A stretch of DNA of 64,000 nucleotides from Candidatus Yanofskybacteria bacterium (GTDB lineage: Bacteria; Patescibacteriota; Minisyncoccia; 2-02-FULL-40-12; IGHO2-01-FULL-4-A): NCBI GenBank assembly GCA_016181175.1, contig JACOZV010000001.1, positions 4,643 to 68,642 of the forward strand, in the 5' to 3' direction. Of this stretch, positions 56,868-64,000 are shown piece after piece. Both the position numbers and the translations under genes were made by a program. Positions within the stretch are counted from its first letter, which is position 1. Each line of letters starts with the position of its first letter. The notes beneath the pieces are model-generated. The model saw only the letters and a list, made by a program, of their open reading frames with translations. It was not told where the DNA came from and made no database searches.

Positions 56868-56896
56868 TTGACAAGGGTTTTTTAATTTGCTATAAT
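56868..56896 (+). promoter_or_regulatory. Consensus promoter embedded in the upstream terminator
   Basis: TTGACA-17-TATAAT with extended TG; the -35 lies in the hairpin 3' arm. Confidence 0.75.
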
Positions 56897-57112
56897 TAAG
56901 CAATAAGATAGAAAACAGGTAGGAACCTTTAAAACACACTTTTTAAAACTATTTTTAAGAGGGTTGCGGGAGTAAGCAAAGCGAATACAAAAATGGTGAG
57001 TAAATTTGCGTTCGGTTTGCTTATTCTCGTACCTTACCGGGAACCGGTGTGCGGGGGTTTGCGATCCAGTTCTTAATTTTGTTGAAGAACTGGGTCTCCT
57101 CGAGGAGATACC

Positions 57113-58243
57113 ATGTATAACAAGTACAATTCTCGTAGGCGCGATCCGCGCCAGACGCTTCCGACCGTTTTTCCCGCGAACTTAGAGTTTCGCGGGATGA
57201 ATGGAACGATCAACCTACAGTCGGCAGATGAGGCTGCTCACAAGGCCTTCTTCGCAAACTTGAAAAAGATTGATGAGGGAACGTTACGTGAGTCCGTAAG
57301 TCAGGCCGGCGAAGTGTTCGATGTCGAACGGCTCAAGACCGTTCTCAAGACCGGAGAAACCTTGTTCGCCGGCTACGAGCTGGACGGGCCACAGCGTGAC
57401 TGTGGTATTTGCGGAACGACGTTCCAGCCTGTCCGGATCCAGTTCCTTCACAAGGATCAGACGCCAGGGGTCGGGGGGAACTTTGCCACCCTGAAAGTCG
57501 AAACTCTCAAAGAGCTAATCAGCAAGGGTGGAGAGTTGGCGGAGCTTGTGAAGTCGTTGTCCGATGCGATGACGACGGAGGTAATGGGCAACGAGCCCGT
57601 ACCTTCCCACGCGAAGCTACTTCCGGTATGCAAGGAGTGTCGGGGCATGCTTCAAGACCGGTTCGGAGTTCCAACTTTCGCGCTGGAAACAGCGCGAGAG
57701 GGATTGCTTGGCGCCAACAAGAGGATTGGTGTGGTGGCGAACAGATCTGCTGTAGCCGAAATCCTGGAGCGTTATCAACGACCCACCAATCGCCCGGTCG
57801 GATCCGGCCCCAGTAATGGCCGCCGGTATGATCGGGATCCCCGCGATTACGGTCGCAATGGTCGTGATCAAAGGGAACAGAGGCCGAGAGTCAACTGGTT
57901 CGGAGCTTCTTTGGAAGAGCCGACGGCCAAGGCTCTGACGGCAGCCGGTTACTCCAACCTGGCCGACGCGCTTGCCGATGCCGAATCTGGCAAGCTTGTT
58001 GACAAGGGGATCGCTCACCCCGGCTCGATCGGGCCGATCACATTCGTCCTCAAGCGGGCGAGTGAGGGTCGGCAAGTTGTCGGCCAAGCGGCGGCAGTCG
58101 TTTCCTCTCGGCAGGGGATCGTGCAGGAAGCTCCGGGAGCTAAGCCTGCCAGGAAGACGACCCGGAAGAAGACGCTCACTGCTCCCAAGCCGTCGGCGCG
58201 TTCCAGAGGCAACGGGATTGAGATCTCTAGCCTCCGTGACTAG
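57113..58243 (+). CDS. Hypothetical protein with a split zinc ribbon and Arg-rich disordered regions
   Basis: GAGGAG SD; CGIC...CKEC; RYDRDPRDYGR; basic tail; GC-rich. Confidence 0.78.
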   Translation: MYNKYNSRRRDPRQTLPTVFPANLEFRGMNGTINLQSADEAAHKAFFANLKKIDEGTLRESVSQAGEVFDVERLKTVLKTGETLFAGYELDGPQRDCGICGTTFQPVRIQFLHKDQTPGVGGNFATLKVETLKELISKGGELAELVKSLSDAMTTEVMGNEPVPSHAKLLPVCKECRGMLQDRFGVPTFALETAREGLLGANKRIGVVANRSAVAEILERYQRPTNRPVGSGPSNGRRYDRDPRDYGRNGRDQREQRPRVNWFGASLEEPTAKALTAAGYSNLADALADAESGKLVDKGIAHPGSIGPITFVLKRASEGRQVVGQAAAVVSSRQGIVQEAPGAKPARKTTRKKTLTAPKPSARSRGNGIEISSLRD

Positions 58244-58272
58244 GAATAGCTAGAACTTCCTAGTCACATAAT

Positions 58273-58323
58273 CCGTCCCGAGAGCGTCAGCAAAATATTG
58301 CTGACGCTCTCGGGCGGTTTTTT
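58273..58323 (+). terminator. Intrinsic terminator
   Basis: CCCGAGAGCGTCAGCAA...TTGCTGACGCTCTCGGG followed by a T-tract. Confidence 0.8.
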
Positions 58324-58436
58324 TATTTATAAATCCCAGAAAGTGAATAAGCAATTTAGATTGACACGATAACAATTTTAATGGTATTATTAATCTAGCG
58401 GATTGCCTCCGCCAGTTCCTTAACAGGAGGTGGCTC

Positions 58437-59192
58437 ATGCCAACACAAGAGTCATTACAAAGGTCAAGAAAAAAAGGATTTTTACTAAGACGAGCCGCTG
58501 AAAAAGAAGCGCGTCTAGATGGAAAATCTGGGGCCATAAATAAAGAATTAATTTTGAGTACAGCCCAAGACTTCAATTGTTCCCTTAAACCAGAAAGTGC
58601 CAGTGATATGGCTAAGGTTCTGAAGCTGGAACAAGAATATTTTGAAAATGCTATGACTTCGGCGGAATTGGAATGTTTTTCACGCCAAACCGTTGTGGGT
58701 ATTGGCCAGTATTTTTCGAGAGGTAAGAGGAAGGGTTATGTCCTCGTTTTGAACGAGTTCAAGAGGATGTTCCCGGACAACGAAGAATTTGGTTTGGGCT
58801 TTCCTGGCGGTAGAGTTAGGATAGGCGAATCACCGCATGCCAGACTTCAAAAAGAGAGTCCCGAAGAAACTGGACTGATTTGTGAAGTTTTAAATTCCGA
58901 TCGGCCTCCGGTGGCGGAACACAAAGTTGGCGAAGAAGAACATCTTTTTTCTGCCTACGAAGTGAAGTATGTAGGTGGTAGGCCAAGACCTGCTCCAACC
59001 AAGGATGAGCCAATTACGGCAATCGTTTTTGTTGATGAGGAAACCCTGCAGAATGTTTGTAAGACCAACGGGCGACTCAGGATAAAAATCGAAAAAAAAG
59101 AGCTAATCGTAGGTATTTTACCAAACCACAGACGGGTTTTCTTGAAGTATTTGCATATGAAAGAAGCGTGTGGGGGAGGGAAAAATGTATAA
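58437..59192 (+). CDS. NUDIX hydrolase
   Basis: FPGGRVRIGESPHARLQKESPEETGL Nudix box (R to K); AGGAGG SD. Confidence 0.8.
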   Translation: MPTQESLQRSRKKGFLLRRAAEKEARLDGKSGAINKELILSTAQDFNCSLKPESASDMAKVLKLEQEYFENAMTSAELECFSRQTVVGIGQYFSRGKRKGYVLVLNEFKRMFPDNEEFGLGFPGGRVRIGESPHARLQKESPEETGLICEVLNSDRPPVAEHKVGEEEHLFSAYEVKYVGGRPRPAPTKDEPITAIVFVDEETLQNVCKTNGRLRIKIEKKELIVGILPNHRRVFLKYLHMKEACGGGKNV

Positions 59193-60060
59193 CTTTCCGG
59201 AGCAATTAGCCCTCTTACAAAAATTGGGTGTAAATTGGATAAGGGTTTACAAAATTTCCAATGAAAAAACTTTTCCCGGCGATAAACTGGTTGGAGGTGT
59301 CGAACTGCCAGTGCAGAACGATCAAGGGCTTATCGTTAGCTACGATGCTAAACTGAAAACAACCTTCGTTTTGGCTGTTGAAGTTAAGCATAATGTTGAT
59401 CTTCTTATGGTTTGGACCGAGGGTAGTGACCGAAGAATTAGAATTCTTCGGGGTGAGACGCCAGATGATACCAGGACGGCATTTTATGCCAAGCGTATTC
59501 CTACTGACAAGACATTATGCGGGGAATATGTTACCAAGAGTAACGACAGACAGGGAAACAGTGTTTGGGCAATATCTACTGCTGACAGCCGACTTCGTAT
59601 GTGGGAAATAGCCATTGTAACAGTTGTGGTTGGCGGCCGCTCTCAATATTTTATATCGTTGCAGGAAGTTTATACGGCAGCAATGTTTACGGCCAATGGC
59701 GACATCTACGTTCCCGAAGAGGAATTTCCGGGCTACAAAGACTGGGAGAGTTTGCAGGTATTGCTTAATACAAGAACCGACCCTTTTTTTCTTAGACCGC
59801 TTTCTGAATACCAAAAACAGGCTGAGAAAATTAATGAAGCGGAAGTCGTGAACGGTAACCAGGCAAGAATTCTATGGTTTAATCAGGCCAGGGGTTTCGG
59901 TTTTGCAGAGATTCCCGGTGAAGAACAGAACCCGATTTTTCATAGGACATCGGTTGAAGATCAAATATTTCCCGCATTCAAACCAGGTCAAATTATAAAA
60001 TATGCTCGTATTGAGCGTACGCCCAAAGGAGTACAGTTGAGAGGCGTATCAGAGGTTTAG
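59185..60060 (+). CDS. Protein with a C-terminal cold-shock (OB) domain
   Basis: ILWFNQARGFGF...IFHRTSV (RNP1/RNP2-like). Confidence 0.8.
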   Translation: MYNFPEQLALLQKLGVNWIRVYKISNEKTFPGDKLVGGVELPVQNDQGLIVSYDAKLKTTFVLAVEVKHNVDLLMVWTEGSDRRIRILRGETPDDTRTAFYAKRIPTDKTLCGEYVTKSNDRQGNSVWAISTADSRLRMWEIAIVTVVVGGRSQYFISLQEVYTAAMFTANGDIYVPEEEFPGYKDWESLQVLLNTRTDPFFLRPLSEYQKQAEKINEAEVVNGNQARILWFNQARGFGFAEIPGEEQNPIFHRTSVEDQIFPAFKPGQIIKYARIERTPKGVQLRGVSEV

Positions 60061-60085
60061 CCGGTTTAGTCAATTTTTAATTATT

Positions 60086-60159
60086 TCCCGTTGCTCGCGT
60101 ATCGCGCGAGCAACGGGATTTTTATTACTAAAACTCCCGCGTTACGCGGGAGTTTTAGT
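60086..60159. terminator. Tandem terminator hairpins between convergent genes
   Basis: TCCCGTTGCTCGCG...CGCGAGCAACGGGA and TTACTAAAACTCCCGCG...CGCGGGAGTTTTAGTAA. Confidence 0.75.
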
Positions 60160-60294
60160 AAGAGATTTTAATTCGATTTTAGTTTGTTTTCTGTTGTATG
60201 TTTTTTTAGTTTTATGTATTTGCACCGGTTTTAATTTAATCGGTCCCCGCGAGATTTTAATACTTGGGGGTCGGGTGATTTTTTTACTGGACAT
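60142..60294 (-). CDS. 50-aa Lys-rich miniprotein
   Basis: MSSKKITRPPSIKISRGPIKLKPVQIHKTKKTYNRKQ...; overlaps the rpsA 3' end. Confidence 0.5.
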   Translation of the reverse strand: MSSKKITRPPSIKISRGPIKLKPVQIHKTKKTYNRKQTKIELKSLTKTPA

Positions 60295-61507
60295 TTTTTT
60301 GTATCCCGTACGAGACAGAGGCACGCTGTGTGCCCTCGCGGTCTCGTTTGGGATGTATCGTAAGCAAGATTTTGTGATCTGAAATATCAATTGAGATTAT
60401 AGCTACGTAAATTTCATCGCCGATCTTAAACATTTCTGTGGGCTTGGTTTCGCCAAATTCGGAATTTGGTAGGAGGCCGGCAATTTCATCATCAAGCTTA
60501 ACCCAAACTCCGTAAGGTGTCATTTTTACAATATGGCCGGAGACTGTTTGGCCAACTTGGTATTTTTCTTCAATTTTTTCCCAGGGATTTGTTTTAAGCG
60601 CCTTGAGAGACAGGGAAACTTTGTTGCCATCAATGCCGATTATTTTTGCTTTTATTTTTTGTCCAGTTTGTAAAAAATCTCGCGGATTCTCTACTAGCTT
60701 CCAATCGATTTCGGATATGTGTATTAAACCCTCAACTTCACTTATCGGTTTACTATTTTCTTCTTGCAAGAGTTCTGGTTGTTGTGATGCCTCAATTTTT
60801 GAACTATCTTCCGACGGTAGTGTGATCAACGCGAAAGCTCCGAAATCAGTTACATCGGTAATTTTGGCATCTACTATGTCGCCAATTTTAAATTTGCTTA
60901 ACTCTTCTTTAAGTTGGGCGTCGTTAATTGCTTTTTCTGAAACAATCAGCTTGTTCTCATCTTCTGAAAAATCTATAATTTTAACTTGTATTTCTTGATT
61001 GCGTAATTTTTGCAGTGCCTGGACGATTTTGGTTGTGTCGCCACCTTCAACCTTAGGATAGTGTTCGGACGACAGTTGTGATAAGGGCAAGAAACCCTGA
61101 ATGCCGTCAATTTCTACAATTAGGCCGCCTTTGTTAATGTTCGCAATTTTAGTGGTGATAATTTCTCCATCATCTCTTTTTTTCTTGATATCTTCCCAGG
61201 CAGTTGTCATCTGTGCACGCTTGAGTGACAATTCACGGTAGCCGTCCTCATTTTCAAGATCCAACAAAATAGTTGAAACCGTCTGGCCGGGCTTAAGTGT
61301 TTTTTGTAAATTCGGATTGTCATAAAATTCTCCCGGGTAAACAACGCCAGTGCCTAGTGGACCCAAATCAATCATCACTGCATTTTTGCTTGCACTTAAA
61401 ACTTCCCCGGTCATTACCGCGCCCATTTTGGGCAAATCAAAACCAGACTTTGCAAGCAAGTCCTTCATGGAGAACCCCTCACCGTTAATTTGAGCACCAA
61501 TTTCCAT
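60284..61507 (-). CDS. rpsA: 30S ribosomal protein S1 (four S1 domains)
   Basis: NKGGLIV...GFLPLSQL, DFGAFA, EGLIHISEIDW, KVSLSLK. Confidence 0.9.
   Translation of the reverse strand: MEIGAQINGEGFSMKDLLAKSGFDLPKMGAVMTGEVLSASKNAVMIDLGPLGTGVVYPGEFYDNPNLQKTLKPGQTVSTILLDLENEDGYRELSLKRAQMTTAWEDIKKKRDDGEIITTKIANINKGGLIVEIDGIQGFLPLSQLSSEHYPKVEGGDTTKIVQALQKLRNQEIQVKIIDFSEDENKLIVSEKAINDAQLKEELSKFKIGDIVDAKITDVTDFGAFALITLPSEDSSKIEASQQPELLQEENSKPISEVEGLIHISEIDWKLVENPRDFLQTGQKIKAKIIGIDGNKVSLSLKALKTNPWEKIEEKYQVGQTVSGHIVKMTPYGVWVKLDDEIAGLLPNSEFGETKPTEMFKIGDEIYVAIISIDISDHKILLTIHPKRDREGTQRASVSYGIQKNVQ
60303..60354. mobile_element. Degenerate CCCGTTAGA-family element forming the rpsA C-terminus
   Basis: ATCCCGTACGAGAC...GTCTCGTTTGGGAT; encodes HPKRDREGTQRASVSYGI. 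Confidence 0.6.
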
Positions 61508-61578
61508 ATTTAAATGAGCCTAGCATTTTTATTTGTTTTTGGCAACGTTTTTTGATATAATTATAAATATAAATAGAT

Positions 61579-62214
61579 ATGACTATTACTTGGTACGGAC
61601 AATCATGTTTTAGACTTGAATCCAAAGGAACGAGCATCCTAATTGACCCGTTTTCTAAAGAAATCGGTCTTCGGCCGCCACGTTTGAATGACCCAATTTT
61701 TTTAGTTACTCATGAGCATTATGACCACAACAACACAAAAGAAGTGCCTGGAGAATCCTTTATAATCCGTGGCCCCGGAGAATATGAGAAATCCGGCATC
61801 CATTTCGAGGGTATTATGTCGTATCATGATAATGTTCAAGGGACACAGCGTGGTTTGAATACTTTATATGTTATCAGAATAGAAGATATGCGACTGTGCC
61901 ATTTAGGAGATCTTGGACAAGCCAAGCTAACAGATGAGCAAATTGAGCAAATCGGTGATGTTGACATTCTCTTCATTCCTGTTGGTGGAAAGTATACAAT
62001 TGATGGTAAGGAAGCCGCGGAAATAGTTAAGCAAGTTGAGCCCAAAATTATTATCCCAATGCATTACAAAGTTCCCGGCTTGAGTATTGATATAGAAAGT
62101 TCGCAGAAGTTTTTAAAAGAGATAGGCATACAACCAGAAGAAGTCGAAGAATATAGGATAACTGTTAAGAATTTACCTACGGAGGAAATTAAATTAGTAA
62201 CTTTCAAGTTATAA
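61579..62214 (+). CDS. MBL-fold Zn-dependent hydrolase
   Basis: ITWYGQSCF, THEHYDHN, HLGDLG, IPVGG, IPMHY. Confidence 0.9.
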   Translation: MTITWYGQSCFRLESKGTSILIDPFSKEIGLRPPRLNDPIFLVTHEHYDHNNTKEVPGESFIIRGPGEYEKSGIHFEGIMSYHDNVQGTQRGLNTLYVIRIEDMRLCHLGDLGQAKLTDEQIEQIGDVDILFIPVGGKYTIDGKEAAEIVKQVEPKIIIPMHYKVPGLSIDIESSQKFLKEIGIQPEEVEEYRITVKNLPTEEIKLVTFKL

Positions 62215-62218
62215 ATTT

Positions 62219-62617
62219 ATGAGAAGCGTTTTAGAAGAAATCCGCCAACAGCCAGAACACATAAGGCATATGTTTATGTGGCTTTGTGTAATTATCGCTT
62301 TTTCTACGGTTGGTTTTGTTTGGTTCCGTTCAACAAGCAAACAGTTTGTGGCTTTGATGCATCCCGAGGAAGCGCAAGAACGAGCGTTGGCTGAAAAGGA
62401 AAAAACCCTTCAACAAGGGCTTCGACTGAGCACAGCCGAACGTCCTCAGGGCAAGCAGCCGTCACCGTTTGCGACCATTTTTGACTCCTGGCGTAACCTT
62501 CAGGCAAACATTTCAGAGTTGTTTGTGGGATCGGAATCAAACTTGGAGATAAATAATAATGAGACGGGAAGCGTAAAAATAGAATTACCGCCACAAAAAC
62601 TGCCAATTTCACAATAA
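62219..62617 (+). CDS. Hypothetical single-TM protein with a REP-like insert
   Basis: TM segment; CCCTTC...CTTCGACTGAGC...CTCAGGGCAAG at 62406-62455. Confidence 0.7.
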   Translation: MRSVLEEIRQQPEHIRHMFMWLCVIIAFSTVGFVWFRSTSKQFVALMHPEEAQERALAEKEKTLQQGLRLSTAERPQGKQPSPFATIFDSWRNLQANISELFVGSESNLEINNNETGSVKIELPPQKLPISQ

Positions 62618-62672
62618 ACAATTTTCAATTTTTAGTTTTCAATTTTCATTTAAAATTGAAAATTTTATTTTT

Positions 62673-64000
62673 ATGGCTATCCTAGTGGGTACAATTAAAC
62701 CTCGGGAGATAGTAACCGAGATGCAGGAATCTTATCTGGATTACGCGATGAGCGTAATTGTTTCGCGCGCTTTGCCCGATGTCAGGGATGGTCTCAAACC
62801 GGTGCACCGCAGGATTCTGTATACTATGCACGAAATGGGTTTGCGGCCGAATACTAAATTTCAGAAATCAGTTAAAGTTGTGGGTCAGGTTTTGGGGCGA
62901 TTTCATCCTCACGGCGATACCGCTGTTTATGATTCTATGGTTCGCATGGCTCAAGATTTTTCTTTGCGATATCCCCTGGTTCATGGCCAGGGAAATTTTG
63001 GCAGTATAGATGGCGACTCCGCTGCAGCCTATAGATATACTGAAGCAAAAATGGCAGGTATTTCCGAAGAGATTCTTGCAGATATTGATAAGGAAACCGT
63101 AAATTTCAGAGATAACTTTGATAGTACGGCTCAGGAGCCGATTGTTTTACCAACACGTATTCCTAATCTTCTAATCAACGGCTCTATGGGTATTGCTGTG
63201 GGTATGGCAACCAATATACCGCCGCATAATCTTGGCGAAGTGCTGGATGGTCTGACCCATTTAATTGATAACCCAGATGCCGATGTTAATGACCTGATGC
63301 AGTTTATCAAAGGACCGGACTTCCCCACGGGAGGTACGATTTACAATGAGAAGGATATTCTCAGCGCTTATGCTACTGGTAAGGGGCCGATTATTATGCG
63401 AGCCAAGACGGAAATAGTTGAATCGGATAAAAAGAATCTATCTACCAGTAAGCAAGGTTTCCAAATTATAGTTAACGAGATTCCATATCAGGTGAACAAA
63501 TCGGAGCTTATTATTAAAATTGCCGAATTAGTAAAAGAAAAAAAGGTTGATGGTATTAAGGATGTAAGGGATGAGTCTGACAAAGACGGCTTGCGGATTG
63601 CAATTGATCTCAAGCAAGACGCTTTTCCACGTAAGGTAATGAACCAACTTTTCAAATACACAGAACTACAGAAATCTTTTCATTTTAATGTTTTAGCTTT
63701 AGTTGATGGAATACAGCCGCAGATCCTAGACCTCAAGGGATTATTAGAAAATTTTTTGGGACATCGCCGCGAAGTAGTACGCAGGCGTACCCAATTTGAT
63801 CTTCGCAAAGCACAAGACCGGGCGCACATACTAGAAGGTCTCAAAAAAGCCCTGGACCACATTGATGAGATAATACAACTTATCAAGAAGTCGGCATCTA
63901 AGGAAGAAGCGTTCGATAATTTAATTAAAAAATTTAAATTTAGCGATCGGCAAGCTACGGCCATATTGGAAATGAGATTGCAGACTTTAGCTGGACTTGA
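62673..64000 (+). CDS. gyrA: DNA gyrase subunit A (5' part, runs off the window; missing from the ORF track)
   Basis: Manual translation [47 protein letters not shown]...[10 protein letters not shown]...[10 protein letters not shown]. Confidence 0.96.
   Translation, partial: MAILVGTIKPREIVTEMQESYLDYAMSVIVSRALPDVRDGLKPVHRRILYTMHEMGLRPNTKFQKSVKVVGQVLGRFHPHGDTAVYDSMVRMAQDFSLRYPLVHGQGNFGSIDGDSAAAYRYTEAKMAGISEEILADIDKETVNFRDNFDSTAQEPIVLPTRIPNLLINGSMGIAVGMATNIPPHNLGEVLDGLTHLIDNPDADVNDLMQFIKGPDFPTGGTIYNEKDILSAYATGKGPIIMRAKTEIVESDKKNLSTSKQGFQIIVNEIPYQVNKSELIIKIAELVKEKKVDGIKDVRDESDKDGLRIAIDLKQDAFPRKVMNQLFKYTELQKSFHFNVLALVDGIQPQILDLKGLLENFLGHRREVVRRRTQFDLRKAQDRAHILEGLKKALDHIDEIIQLIKKSASKEEAFDNLIKKFKFSDRQATAILEMRLQTLAGL

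Noticed and set aside
62758-63964. Short ORFs at the window end
   Set aside because: Alternative frames of gyrA, which the track missed because it has no stop in the window

Overview
A chromosomal window from a small-genome, AT-rich bacterium. Gene content and style (split transketolase, PrgI/VirB4/VirB6-like locus, PilB, sortase, tRNA-Ile(UAU), many palindromic miniature repeats) point to Patescibacteria/CPR, probably Parcubacteria; this placement is inferred. The window holds the origin region (jag-yidC-yidD-rnpA-rpmH <> dnaA-oriC-dnaN), housekeeping genes (gap, tkt, pcrA, rsmA, lnt, PBP1A, tyrS, ruvC/ruvB, nusA, tig, iscS, rplS, rluA, ftsH, rpsA, 5' gyrA), a T4SS-like operon and 10 intact tRNA genes. 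The most unusual signals are outside the ORF track. (1) Multi-hairpin elements follow tRNA 3' ends and finish in a copy of that end; two of them keep linkers and structure while their stems change. (2) Downstream of tRNA-Gly, two one-gene units begin with an identical 99-bp repeat and are closed by an inverted GTTAGAACC motif. (3) A group I intron 3' end is joined to an orphan tRNA-Phe 3' exon, beside a LAGLIDADG gene and an intronless tRNA-Phe. (4) A CCCGTTAGA...TCTAACGGG miniature element and other palindromes sit in frame inside genes or supply start/stop codons. (5) A DGR-target-like gene has an internal TAG. (6) Three candidate structured ncRNAs, one 6S-like. No database searches or folding programs were run; all calls come from reading motifs.
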